Positions 11,096 through 25,088 of a DNA stretch of 64,000 nt are shown in pieces. Origin of the DNA: Paraspadella gotoi (taxonomy: Eukaryota; Animalia; Chaetognatha); assembly GCA_051294375.1 (NCBI GenBank), contig CM119270.1, positions 17,235,381 through 17,299,380 on the forward strand, written 5' to 3'. The position numbers and the translations under genes were made by a program. The first letter of the stretch is position 1; each line of letters opens with the position of its first letter. The notes below the pieces were generated by a model. It saw only the letters and a list, made by a program, of their open reading frames with translations, ran no database searches and had not been told where the DNA came from.

Positions 11096-14000
11096 ATGAT
11101 TGTCGTCGTCGTCATATCGATCGTCATGATCATTTCGTACGTCGTCATCCACCGGTTATCTAACGTCATGATCGTCGTCGTCATCGTCGTCGTCGTCATC
11201 GTCGTCGGTTGTCATCGTCGTCGTCTCATCGTCATGATTGTTCGTCGCGTCCGTCATCGTCCGTAATCGTCATGATTGTCCATCGTCGTCGTCGTCATGA
11301 TTGTCGTCGTCGTCAAATCATCAATCGTCATGATCATCGTCGTCGTCACAACGTTATCAACGTCATGATCGTGTCGTCTATCGGTCGTCGTTTGTCATCG
11401 TCGTCGTTGTCATGTCGTCGTCATATCGTCATGATTGTCGTCGTCGTCGTGCAATCGGGTCGTCATCGTTCATGAATTGTCATCGTCGTCGTCGTCATGA
11501 TTGTCGTCGTCGTCCATCAGTCATCGTCATGATCATCGTGTCGTCATCAACGTATCAACGTCAGATCGTCGTCGTCATCGTCGTCGTCGTCATCGTCGTC
11601 GTTGTCATCGTCGTCGTCAAATCATGTCGAATGTGATTGTCGTCGTCGTCGTCATCGTCATCATCGTCATGATTGGTCATCGTCCGTCATCCCGTCATAT
11701 TGTCGTCGTCGGTCACATCATCGTCATGATCATCGTCCGTCGTCATCAACGTTATCAAAACGTCATGATCGTCGTCCGTCATCGTCCGTGCGTCGTCATC
11801 GTCGTCGTTGTCATGCGTCGATCGTCATCATCTCAGATTGTCGTCGTCGTCGTCATCGTCGTCATTCGGTCATGATTGTCATCGTCGTCGTCGTCATGAT
11901 TGTCGTCGTCGTCATCATCATCGTCATGATGCATCGAGATACGTCGTCATCAAGCGTTATCAACGTCATGATGTCGTCGTCATCGTCACGGTCGTCTGTC
12001 ATCGTCGTCCGTTGTCATTCGTGTCGTCATCATCGTCATGATTGTCGTCGTCGTCATCTGTCGTCATCCGTCATGGATTGTCATCGTCGTCGTCGTCATG
12101 ATTGTCCGTGTCGTCTCATCATCGACATGATCATCGTCGTCGTCATCAACGTTAATCAACGTCATGAATCGTCGTCGTCATCGTCGTCCGTCGTCAATCG
12201 TCGTCGTTGTCCATCGTCGTCGTCATCCATCGTCATGAATTGTCGTCGTCGCGTCATCGTCGTCATCGGTCATGATTGTCATCGTCGTCGTCGTCATGAT
12301 TGTCGTACGTCGTCATCATCATCGTCCATGATCATCGTCGTCGTCATCAACAGTATCAACGTCATGATCGTCGTCGTCATCGTCTTTTCGTCGTCATCGT
12401 CGTCGTTGTCATCGTCGTCGTCATCATCGTCATGAATTTGTCCGTACGTCGTCGTCATGTCGTCATCGTCATGATTGTCAAATCGGTCGTCGTCGTCCAT
12501 GAATTGTCGTCGTCGTCACATCATCGTCATGATCATCGGGTCGTCATCAACAGTTATCACAAGCGTCATGATCGTCGTCGTCATCGTCGTCGTCGGTCAT
12601 CGTCGGTCGTTGTCATCGTCGTCCGTCATCATCGTCCATGATTGTCGTCGTCGTCGTCATCGTCGTCATCGTCATGATTGTCCTCGTCGTCGTCGTCATG
12701 ATTGTCGTCGTCATCAACGTTATCAACGTCATGATCGTCCGTCGGGTCATCGTCGTCGTCGTCCATCGGTCGTCGTTGTCATCGTAGTCGTCATCATCGT
12801 CCAAGATTGTCGTCGTCGTCGTCACGTCGTCATCGTCAATGATTGTCATCGTCGTCGTCGTCTGATTGTCGTCGTCGTCATCAATCAAATGTCATGATCA
12901 TCGTCGTCGTCATCAACGTTATCCACGTCAATGAATCGGTCGTCGTCAATCGTCGTCGTCGTCATCGTCGTCGTTGTCATCGTCGTCGTCATATCGTCAA
13001 TGAATTGTCGTCGTCGTCGCCATCGTAAGTCATCGTCATGATTGTCATCGTCAGTCTGTCGTCATATTGTCGTCGTCGTCATCAATCATCGTCATGATCA
13101 TACGTCGTCCGTCCATCAACGTATCAACGTCATGAAATCGTCCGTCCGTCATCGTCGTCGTCGTTCGTCGTCTGCATCGTCGTCCTCATCGTCATGATTG
13201 TCGTCGTCGTTCGTCATCGTCCGTTCATCGTCATGATTGTCTACGTCGTCGTCGTCATGATTGTCGTTCGTCTCATCATCGTCCATGATCAATCCGTCGT
13301 CGTCATCAACGTTATCAACGTCATGATTCGTCGTCGTCATCGTCGTCATCGTCGTCGTTGTCATCGTCGTCGTCATCAATCGTCAATGATTGTCGTCGTC
13401 GTTCGTGATCAGTCGTCCCTCGTCAATGTTGTTCATCGTCGTCGCGGTCATGATTGTCGTCGTCGTCATCATCATCGTCATGATCATACGTCGATCGTCA
13501 TAAACGTTATCAACAAGTCATGATCGTCGTCGTCATCGTCGTCGTCGTCATCGTCGTCGTTGTCATCGTCGTCGTCATCATCGTCCATGATTTGTCCGTC
13601 GTCGTCGTCAATCGTCGTCATCGTCATGAATTGTCATCGTCGTCTGAATTTGGTCGTCGTCGTCATCATCATCGTCATGATCATCGTCGTCGTATCAACG
13701 TTATCAACGTCATATCGTCGTCGTCCATCCGTCGGCGGTCATCGTCGTCGTTGTCATCGTCGTCGTCATCAATCGTCATGATTGTTCGTCGTCGTCGTCA
13801 TCGTCGTCAATCGTCATGAATTGTCATCGTCGTTCGTCGTCAATGATTGCGTCGTCGTCATCAATCATCGTCATGATCATCGTCGTCGTCAATCAACGTT
13901 ATCAACGTCATGATCGTCGTCGTCATCGTCGTGCGTTCGTCACGTCGTCGTTGTCATCGTCGTCGTCTATCATCGTGCATGATTGTCGTCGTCGTCCGTA

Positions 14001-15750
14001 ATCGTCCGTCATCGTCATGATTGTCATCGTCGTCGTCGTCATGAATTGTCCGTCGTCGTCATCATCATCCGTCATGATCATTCGTCGTCGTCATCAACGT
14101 TATCAACGTCATGATCGTCGTCGTCATCGTCGCGTCGTCATCCGTCGTCGTTGTCATCCGTCGTCGCATCATCGTCATGATTTGTCGTCGTCGTTTCGTC
14201 ATCGTCGTCATCGTCCATGATTGTCATCGTGTCGTCGTCATGATTGTCGTCGTCGTCATCAATCATCGTCATGATCATCCGCGTCGTCCACAACGTTTTC
14301 AACCGTCATGATCGTCGTCGTCATCGTCTGTCTCGTCATCCGTCGCGTTGTTCAATCGTCGTCGTCATCATCGTCATGATTGTCGTGCCGTCGTCCGTCT
14401 CGTCGTCATCCGTCATGAATTGTCATCGTCGTCTCGTCATGATTGTCGTCGTCGTCCATCAATCATGCGTCATGATCATCGTCGTCGTCATCCAACTTAT
14501 CACAGCTCGATGATGCGTCGGCGTCATCGTCCGTCGTCGTCATCGTCGTCGGTTGTCATCGTCGGTCGTCAATCAATTCGTATGATTGTCGTCGTCATCG
14601 GTCGTCATCGTCATGATTGTCCATCGTCGTCGTCCGTCATGATTTGTCGTCGTCGTCAATCATCATCGTCATGATCATCGTCGTCGTCTCAACGTTATCA
14701 ACGTCATGATCGTCGTCGTCATCGTCGTCGTCGTCATCGTCGTCCGTTGTCATCGTCGTCGTCATCATCGCATGATTGTCCGGTCGTCGTCGTCATCCGT
14801 CGTCCAATCGTCATGATTGTCATCGTCCGTCCCGTCGTCATGATTGTCCGTCGTCGTCATCATCTCATCGTACATGCATCATCGTCGTCGTACAATCAAC
14901 GTTATCTAAACGTCAATGATCGTCGTCGTCATCGTCGTCCGTCGTCATTCGTCGTCGTTGTCATCGTCGTCGTCTCATCGTCATGATGTCGTCGTGTCTG
15001 TCATCGTCGTCATCGTCATGATTGTCATCGTCGTCGCTGTCCATGATTGTCGTCGGTCGTCAATCATCATCGTCATGATCATCGTTCCGTCGTCATCAAC
15101 GTTATGCAAACGTCATATCGTCGTCGTCATCTCGTCGTCGTCGTCAAATCGTCGTCGTTGTCATCGTCGTCGTCATCATCGTCATGATTGTCGTGTCGTC
15201 GTCATCGTCGTCATCTTGCATCTATGTATTTGCCAATCTGTTCCGTCGTCTGTCATGATTGTCGTCGTCGTCATCAAGTGCGATCGGCCACTCGCACTCA
15301 CTCGCGTCGTCGTCATCACGCTCTTCATCTAACGCGATGATGCAGTCGTCTATCGTCGGTTCTGACGGTCATCGTCGCGCTCTCTCGCTCTCGTGTCGTT
15401 CTTGTTATACATTGCGCCATGATAGGTCGTCCGTCGCTCTGTGCTATGCGTCGTCATGATTGTCATGCGTCGTCGTCGTCATGATTGTCCGTCGTCGGCG
15501 AATCATTCACGTCATGATCGGTGGCGTCGTCATGCGGGGACAAATTTCCCGAGAGTCGCATCATCCGTCTATGATGTTCGTTCGTCGATCGTCCGTCGTC
15601 GTCATTCCCGATCACGTTCATGGATTGTCCGTCGTCATTCATCATCGTCGTCGTCCATATCATCTTCGTTGCATCTTCATCATACGTCGCCACCTTCGTC
15701 ATTGATCATGTCATCATCTTTCCGTGTCAACTTTACATCCTTGTTGTCTT
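11096..15750. repeat. Satellite array with a ~195-200-bp higher-order unit built from GTC/ATC triplets (about 21 units, degraded after ~15200)
   Basis: The marker caacgttatcaacgtcatgatc recurs roughly every 200 bp (near 11350, 11750, 12150, 12715, 12915, 13310, 13700, 13895, 14095, 14690, 15100), with catgattgtc subunits between. Confidence 0.9.
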
Positions 15751-15811
15751 AAAATGTTTTATGTTCCGTTGTCCGCTGTTACCGTCNNNNNNNNNNNNNN
15801 NNNNNNNNNNN

Positions 15812-16381
15812 AACCCGAATAACAATAAAAAGAATTAGATAAGAAAAACAGATGACCTTTTTTTTTCAGATGACGACGACGACGACGACGACGGGGAACG
15901 ACGACGACGACGACGATAATGACAACGACGATCGTGGCGTCGCAAGATTGCGTAAAAGAAAATAGAAGGAAAGGAAAGGATTTGTTTATTGACAAATTTG
16001 GTGGTCGAATCCGCCACCGACTCACGGAGTTTCAGTGAGAGGAAAAAAAAAGGAGATNNNNNNNNNNGTGAGAGGAAAAAAAAGGAGATGAAAGCTTTTT
16101 TTTTGAGTCGTTTCTTTTTTTTTTTGCCTCAGATGACATCTGTTAAAACTATTATATATGTATGTATTATATATGTATTGTGTATGTATTATATATATGT
16201 ATAATTTACCATATAAGGATCGTATTTCCCTAACGTCACACGAGGTCACAATTTCGATACACTTTACTACTAAAGTATTATTGTTTATTGAATGAATGAA
16301 TAATTTTATATTGATTATACAAATACATAGCTTCAATACTTTACCATATGCTGACTTTAATTCTCTGTTCTTAATCTTTGT

Positions 16382-16413
<32 letters not shown>

Positions 16414-16658
16414 TCNNNNNNNNNNNNNNNNNNNNNNNNNNNNNNNNNNNNNNNNNNNNNNNNNNNNNNNNNNNNNNNNNNNNNNNNNNNNNNNNNNNNN
16501 NNNNNNNNNNNNNNNNNNNNNNNNNNNNNNNNNNNNNNNNNNNNNNNNNNNNNNNNNNNNNNNNNNNNNNNNNNNNNNNNNNNNNNNNNNNNNNNNNNNN
16601 NNNNNNNNNNNNNNNNNNNNNNNNNNNNNNNNNNNNNNNNNNNNNNNNNNNNNNNNNN

Positions 16659-16690
<32 letters not shown>

Positions 16691-16774
16691 TGAAGATTTC
16701 GACGATAAAGATGACGACGACGATAATGAAGACGGCGATGAGAACGACTCTGACCGTAACGATGTGGACATCTT

Positions 16775-16848
<74 letters not shown>

Positions 16849-18997
16849 TACCGCCGCCATTGCCCTGCAGATAATATCGAAAACGAGGCGAACAAACAAA
16901 AGATAATTCTGTGTCGGATAAACGGTGTGTGGTCATTAGCCAATGGCGAATGTCTGTCGATTATCTGTCGGGTCATTTACACTTTTGTCCGGAGAACAAA
17001 ACTGATGCAATGGTGGTCATTGGTCACTGGTCACTGCCCACTGTCAAGAAAAATATTTTTTTTCTGGGCGAAGAAACGCGATATTTTTGTCAGTCCAATT
17101 TATGAAAGGTAAAGAATTAAACTTGTGAAATTAAGTCAAAAGTAAATTTTCGTTAAAACACGTTCATTATTTCGCGAAACACGAAAATTTTTTTAACTTT
17201 TAAATTTAATTAGTTTTCAATGTTTTGAGCTAATTAAGCCAAAGTAAAAATTTTCATTTCGGGTAAAAGATTGGAAAGCTTTTGATGTTGTCTTTTGTTT
17301 TCTTTTTTTTTCTCCATCGAAATTCGAAATCAATTAAATCCACCAGGTGACGGACGAGGTCGGATTTTGAACAAAAAAATAATTAAATCTGTTTTCTTTT
17401 CACTATACATTAAATATAAACTAACAAAAACAACGAAACCCGTACATAACAACAACAACAACATTCTTTATCCGATCACAATTTCCAACTTTCTCCTAAT
17501 TTTGGAAAACTTCCTCGAAAAGAATAAAAGGATCGACGGGTCGAACCTGATCCAAAATGTTGTCCCTGTCTTCATTCCATTCATCTTCTTTAATCTTTAT
17601 TATTACTCTGAAAATCGCTTTCTCTTTCATTTTCTTTTTTCCCTCGAATAGAAATAAAACAAAATTTAGATTTTACTTCGTTCAAGCGCTTTGGTGAAAA
17701 ATGTTTATCAAGTTTTTAAATAAAAAATAATTTTTATATTTAAAAAAAAATTACTAGTCAACTTGAATAAGATAGCTATATACTTATTTTTTAGAATTTA
17801 AATTAAAATAATCAAAATAATTATATTTATTAAATCTATAACAAATAATAAATACTATTCATCAGATAATCTTTAACCTTATGAAATTGGTACAACCAAT
17901 ATATATATATCTATATATATATATATATTTTAAATAAATTTTACAAAAAGTTATCAAAGTGGTATTTTGAACAAAGAAAAAGAGCGCTCTCACGAAGTCG
18001 CACGCTTGATTTCCGATTCTGGATTTTGTTGCACGCGAAATAAAAAGGGAAGAGACGAGAAAACAAAAGAGCATCGATGAAGGGAGATGCAAAGAGATCG
18101 AAGATCGGATAACGCCATCCACGAAACAACGGAAAGATCTTCCTTCTTCTTTTTTTTCTCAGGATCCGTTGATCTTTTGTTCCTTACCTTTTTTTCATTT
18201 CATCGGTTCCCCCCCCACCTCACCTTTTCAGTTTTCAGTTGTCTCTTCCATCGCTTCGTCATTGTCCTTACCTCCTTTGCCAAGTCCGTCATTGTGTTGT
18301 TCGGGGAACAAAGACTTTGTCTTCCTTTTTGAGATAATAATTTTTTTTTAGTTGTGAGGTGGTAAAACGACGCTAGCGGTTACGTATTATTAAAAAAAGT
18401 TTTTAAATAAATAAAAAAAAATTACAATATTGAAAATAAAAAAAAAGTAAATATATAATTTTTTATTATTTATTTTTCTTTGTAAATTTTTTTGATAAAA
18501 AAGAAAAGTTTAATACATAAACTCAACTATGAAAAGGTTTGGATTAAAATTTTATAATTATTATTATTTTGTAAGAAGGATGAAGGCTATAATACTCCAT
18601 AGCCTATCTTAAGTCAGGGGCAAAATAGATTATTAATTAAATAAATATTCATTTTCTGAATTATTTTTACTAATTTGATTTATAATTTAGATTTTTAAAT
18701 ATATTTATAGTTTTTGATTCCTTCTAATTTAAAACAACGTTGAACAATCTCGGCCGCCGCCACTGGTTTCGCTTTTCATCGATTTTTCTCTTTCATCTGA
18801 TTCAGTTAATTTTTTTTCTTCCATTTTTTCGTTGTTTTTGTTTTCATCCTTCCTTTGTTTTATTTTCGGCCGCTCGGGGAAACAAAGGGAGAGAGAGAGA
18901 GAGAGAGAGAGAAAGGGAGAGAATGAGACATCCAATCCATTAATATATTGATATCAACTGGTTTGGAAAAACAAATCTCAGATTTCAGGGCGGATAA

Positions 18998-19045
<48 letters not shown>

Positions 19046-19330
19046 TAACTCGGTGGGTCAATCTCGCCTCAATTGCGCTGGATGCGTCCGAATTACGACA
19101 TCGAGGGCTGATGCTGCTGCTTCTGCTGCAGCGGAGGAGGATTAATGAAGCCAAAAATATTAATCAAGTATAAAGAATAAATCCAAAGCGTCGTTTTTAA
19201 ACAATGTTTATGTATTTTCTATTGACAAAATACATTACAACATTAAAACTGTTTATACTTCTGCGCAGATTTAACATTTTTAATCAAACGAAGAAAGTTG
19301 ACATTTCTTTGCGTTAAATCTTATCGATCT

Positions 19331-19388
<58 letters not shown>

Positions 19389-20210
19389 AGAAAGAGGGGG
19401 AGAAAGAGAGAGAAAATCGGATAAGAAAGGTACTTTTTCTTTTTCCATTGTGATACTGTGTTATATTTGAAGTTGTCACTTAACTAAAAAGTTGGCTTAT
19501 TACGTTGTGTTTGTTTTGCCTGATAAGGTGACACGACAAAGCCTTTTTAGTTTCTTTCGCTAAAAAGTCTTAAACTTTTTTTGCTCAAATTTCGTGATTT
19601 TTTTTTTTTTCGAGATATAAACATAAAATGTCAATTCTCCGTGAAGTTTGTTTGTTTGAACATTTATTTGTATTAAAAAACGAGCAAGAGATTCGTCCAG
19701 TAAAAATTAAAAAAAAAAATTATTCGTATATCACCTGAAATTTTGTACTCGATACCCGTTATTGACTTCCATGTTTTGACATGTCAATGTTGGTAAAATT
19801 TTTGTTAATTTGTTAATTAGGAATCGTTTAGAAATGCGGAGTTTGGGGGGGGGGGAAAGTGGAGGGGGGAGCAAGAGTGGAAAGCGCCGATTTTTTATCC
19901 TGTTGTGTATCGAGGCGGAGAAAAGGAGGAAAGGTAAACCTAAGTCTTTTTAAACAATCGACCTCAGGATTTTTTTTCTTTTTCCTTCAAACAAACAACT
20001 TTCTCTTTTTTCTTCCCCTTTACTTTACTTACCCACGATCTCGCTTCGGCCTCACCCTTTAGTCCCGAGTCGGGGAAATTACACTCTCCACCTTTTTTTT
20101 GATTCGAGCCTCACCTCGACTTACCTCGTCTCGCGAATCTCCATCGAGTAAGTTTCTTTATTGTGGTCGTCGTCGTCGTCGTCGTCGTCGTTCTTTTTCC
20201 AAAATCCGCC
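15812..20210. repeat. Right arm of the large inverted duplication (reverse complement of 5000-9728)
   Basis: Mirror-image match to the left arm; starts right after a 25-N gap. Confidence 0.9.
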
Positions 20211-20260
20211 CCCATTGAATTCAGTGTCAACTTGGTTGACGACTTTGGCGCCAGAGGGAC

Positions 20261-20297
<37 letters not shown>

Positions 20298-20380
20298 TAC
20301 CCCTGATTAGCTTTACAAAGTCTCGAAACCACGAAGGTCAACACAAATGTTTGGTTTCAATCAGAATTCGTGTCTGAACT

Positions 20381-20669
20381 AACAAGATCGGTTCATCTAA
20401 TGTGTCTGCGCCCGCAGTGACGCTTTATTTTTATGAGTATTTCTCGTTACATGACATGACATAAGGCGACATAACATGACGACATGACTACAATAACTTT
20501 CTTAGCTTGTGTATTTATGACACTCACTGCATCGGAATTCCGTCTTTTATTCTTTATAGTTTTAGGATTTCCTGTAGGCGGCGCTAGCAGTCCCTTAGAT
20601 TTGACAGACCGACCGAAAAGTGACTAATAGAGTTGCTCCGCGATTACTAGCCGCGCAACTAAAAAAAAA
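20381..20669 (+). mobile_element. DINE-1/HINE-like non-autonomous dispersed repeat, copy 1
   Basis: Begins aacaagatcggttc, has a gacagaccgaccga core and ends in the hairpin agttgc..gcaact plus an A tract. Homologous to the copies at 23315, 27381, 60562 and 61596. Confidence 0.6.
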
Positions 20670-22135
20670 GGTAAATTTTGTTTTCTTTACTAGCCCGTTT
20701 GATAATTGAGTCAACTGACAATGTTTAAAAGAAATAAAACTTTTTCTTGTGGAGTCGAGATTAAAATTATTATCAATTTATTGCCGGTAGATTATAACCG
20801 CAAGAAATATTGCGCGGAAAATTAAAATATTATTCAGTAGATTAGACTTTAGGCTATTACTTGACTAAGCATTGATAATATTATTTTACCNNNNNNNNNN
20901 NNNNNNNNNNNNNNNNNNNNNNNNNNNNNNNNNNNNNNNNNNNNNNNNNNNNNNNNNNNNNNNNNNNNNNNNNNNNNNNNNNNNNNNNNNNNNNNNNNNN
21001 NNNNNNNNNNNNNNNNNNNNNNNNNNNNNNNNNNNNNNNNNNNNNNNNNNNNNNNNNNNNNNNNNNNNNNNNNNNNNNNNNNNNNNNNNNNNNNNNNNNN
21101 NNNNNNNNNNNNNNNNNNNNNAGAAAAAAAAAGAGGAGTAGAGGATCGAGAGGAGGAAGGATGAAGAGAGAAGCGACATTTGGATTCAAAAACGCGACGA
21201 CGACGTCGGACGTGGAGGAGGAAGAGGAAGAGGAGAAACGGCATTTGTTTTTTTTTTNNNNNNNNNNNNNNNNNNNNNNNNNNNNNNNNNNNNNNNNNNN
21301 NNNNNNNNNNNNNNNNNNNNNNNNNNNNNNNNNNNNNNNNNNNNNNNNNNNNNNNNNNNNNNNNNNNNNNNNNNNNNNNNNNNNNNNNNNNNNNNNNNNN
21401 NNNNNNNNNNNNNNNNNNNNNNNNNNNNNNNNNNNNNNNNNNNNNNNNNNNNNNNNNNNNNNNNNNNNNNNNNNNNNNNNNNNNNNNNNNNNNNNNNNNN
21501 NNNNNNNNNNNNNNNNNNNNNNNNNNNNNNNNNNNNNNNNNNNNNNNNNNNNNNNNNNNNNNNNNNNNNNNNNNNNNNNNNNNNNNNNNNNNNNNNNNNN
21601 NNNNNNNNNNNNNNNNNNNNNNNNNNNNNNNNNNNNNNNNNNNNNNNNNNNNNNNNNNNNNNNNNNNNNNNNNNNNNNNNNNNNNNNNNNNNNNNNNNNN
21701 NNNNNNNNNNNNNNNNNNNNNNNNNNNNNNNNNNNNNNNNNNNNNNNNNNNNNNNNNNNNNNNNNNNNCGCCGCCACAAAAACTTCAATCAAAAGCGGAA
21801 AAAGTTGCCTTTGATCCTCGGAACAGAAAAAAAAAGAAAGAAAAAATTGGAGATAATAAAAANNNNNNNNNNNNNNNNNNNNNNNNNNNNNNNNNNNNNN
21901 NNNNNNNNNNNNNNNNNNNNNNNNNNNNNNNNNNNNNNNNNNNNNNNNNNNNNNNNNNNNNNNNNNNNNNNNNNNNNNNNNNNNNNNNNNNNNNNNNNNN
22001 NNNNNNNNNNNNNNNNNNNNNNNNNNNNNNNNNNNNNNNNNNNNNNNNNNNNNNNNNNNNNNNNNNNNNNNNNNNNNNNNNNNNNNNNNNNNNNNNNNNN
22101 NNNNNNNNNNNNNNNNNNNNNNNNNNNNNNNNNGA

Positions 22136-22169
<34 letters not shown>

Positions 22170-22249
22170 AAAGCTATGATATTAGTACAACCAATATCGA
22201 AATTATTCATTCATTCAACAAAAANNNNNNNNNNNNNNNNNNNNNNNNN

Positions 22250-23184
22250 GTATATAAACTATACTACTACTTTTTTCTTTTCCATTGCTGGAACTGTGTT
22301 ATATTTGAAGTTGTCACTTAACTTAAGAAGTTGGTTATTACGTTTGGTTTGTTTTGCCTGGATAGGTGACACGACAAAGCCTGTTTTATTTCTTTCGCTA
22401 AAAAGTCTCTTAGAATTTTTGCTCAAATTTCGTGGATTTTTTTTTTTTTTTTTCGAGATATAAACATTAAAATGTCAATATGCTCCGTGAAGTTTGTTTG
22501 TTTGAACATTTATTTGTATTAAAAAAACGACAAAGAGATTCGTCCAGTAAAAATAAAAAAAAAAAATTATTCGTATATCACCTGAAATTTTGTACTCGAT
22601 ACCCGTTTATTGACTTCCATGTTTTGACATGTCAATGTTGGTAAAATTTTTGTTAAATGTTAATTAGAAACGTTTTAGAATGCGGAGTTTGGGGGGGGGG
22701 GGGGGAAAGTGGAGGGGGGAGCAAGAGTAAGTGGAGGGGGGAAGGGGAGGAGAGAGCGGAAAAGCGCCGATTTTTATCCTGTTGTTGTATCGAAGGCGGA
22801 GAGGGAGGAGGGAAAAAAGGAAGGGAAAGGTAAACCTAAGTTTTTTTTAAACAATCGACCTCAGGAGTTTTTTTTTCTTTTTCCTTCAAACAACAACTTT
22901 CTCTTTTCTTTCCCCGTTTACTTTACTACCACGATCTCCGGCGCTTCCGGCCTCAGCCCCTTTTAGTCCCGAGTCGCGGGAACATTACACCTCTCCACCT
23001 TTTTTTTGATTCGAGCCTCACCTCGACTTACTCGTCTCCGCGAATCTCCATACGAGTAAGTTTCTTTATTGTGCGTCGTCGTCGTTCGTCGTCGTCGTCG
23101 TCGTCGTTCTTTTTTTCCAAAATCCGCCCCCATTTGAATTCTATGTGTCAAACTTGGTTTGACGAACTTTGGCGCCAGAGGGAC

Positions 23185-23228
<44 letters not shown>

Positions 23229-24327
23229 ATTTGATACCTGATAGCGCTTTACAAAGTCTCGAAACAGAAGGTCACACAAATTTTGCAATCAGAATTCGTG
23301 TATTCTGAAACTCTAAACAAGATCGGTTCATCTAATGTGTTGCGCCGCAGTGACTTTATTTTTATGAGTATTTCTCGTTACATGACATGGGACATAAGGC
23401 GAACATAACATGACGACATGACTACAATAACTTTCTTAGCTTGTGTTATTTATGACACTCACTGCACGCGAATTCCGTCTCTTATTCCTTTATAGTTTTA
23501 GGATTTCCTGTAGGCGGCTCTAGCAGCTCCCTTAGATTTGACAGACCGACCGAAAAAAGTGATAATAGAGTTGCTCCGCGAGACTAGGCCCGCGCAACTA
23601 AAAAAAAGGTTAAATTTTGTTTTCTTACAAGCCCGCTTGATAATTGAGTCAACGACAATGTTTAAAAGAATAAAACTTTTTCTTGTGGAGTCGAGATTTA
23701 AAATTATTAATCAATTTATTGCCCGGTAGGATTATAACCGCAAGAGATTTATTGCTGCGGAAAATTTAAAGATTTATTCAGTAGATTAGACTTAGGCTTA
23801 TTACTTGACTAGAGCATGATAATTATTATTTTACCATAAGTTTGAAATCCCCGAATAGAAAAATAATCACGAATCGTTCAATTAAGCGTTCCTTTTTGAA
23901 AAAACTTCTGGCGTCCCACAGACCAATCGTGACTTGGAGAAAGGCGGGCGGTGTGGGGTGGGGGGGAAGTCGGAGGGAAAAAGGGCTCTCGAGATTGAAG
24001 GTATCGTAGATAAGTGGAGGAAAGAGGAAAGAAAAGAGAAAGGAATAGTACTAAAAGAAAAAAAAAAAAAAAGAGGAGTAGAGGATCGAGAGGAGGAGGA
24101 TGAAGAGAAGAAGCGAACATTTGGATTTCAAAACGCGGACGACGACCCGCTCGGGACTGGGAGGAGGAAGAGGAAGGGAGAAACGGCATTTGTTGTTTTT
24201 TTTTTTTTCGTTATTCGCGAAAGTTGACGCGCAAGATTGAGAGCGCTGCGATCGCCGATCGCTGTCAAATAGTGTGGAGTTATTATCAATGATGAAAAAC
24301 AAACTAACGAAAATTAAGAGAGAGAGA

Positions 24328-24358
<31 letters not shown>

Positions 24359-24982
24359 CGAGAGAGAGAGCAGCGAGAGAGAGAGAGAGAGAGAGAGAGA
24401 ATGATGAAAATAATAAACAATTACATCGATTCATGGAAGAAATCAATTAATCAAACAAAAACATTCATAATCAAATTCATTTATCGACTCCAATGAGTCA
24501 CTGTTTTGCTTCTATCTGCCCACTCACCAGCAATCGACGAAGTCAAACACGATTTCGTACAGATTTGCGTTACACACACACACACTCTCTCTCTTCTCTC
24601 TCCTCCTCTGTTCTCTCATTCACGCTCCAAAGTTTCCAGATAAGGAGTCGCGCTGAAACAAACCGCGCCACAAAAACTTCAATCAAAAGCGGAAAAAGTT
24701 GCCTTTGATCCTCGGAACAGAAAAAAAAAAAGAAAGAAAAATATGGAGATAATAAAAAAGAAAGAAAGAAAAAAAGAAATATATCTAAAAAAAAAAAAAA
24801 AAAAAAAGAAAAAAAGGGGGAAAAAAGAAAAAAAAAAAAAAAAGGGTATATAAAGGCGCCGACAAGATTTCTGTAATTGTTTCTGTGTTTGTGAGTTTGG
24901 AAGAAAAAACAAACCAAAGATATGAGCGGGGGTGTGAGAGAGAGAAGAGAGAGAGAGAGAGAGACGAGGAGAGAGGAGAGAG

Positions 24983-25013
<31 letters not shown>

Positions 25014-25088
25014 GAGAGAAAGAGAGAGAGAGAAAAGCTATGATATTAGTACAACCAATATCGAAATTATTCATTCATTCAACAAAAA
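22250..25088. repeat. Direct duplicate of about 19432-22223 (redundant assembly)
   Basis: 22266-23835 matches 19432-20890; 24056-24208 matches 21122-21257; 24664-24757 matches 21769-21862; 25000-25088 matches 22134-22223. The copies are separated by a ~25-N gap. Confidence 0.88.
23315..23607 (+). mobile_element. DINE-1/HINE-like repeat (redundant copy of 20381-20669)
   Basis: Near-identical to 20381-20669, within the duplicated block. Confidence 0.55.

Noticed and set aside
11096-15750. Many Ser/Arg/Val/His-rich ORFs
   Set aside because: By-products of a stop-poor triplet satellite; frames shift constantly and there is no splice structure.
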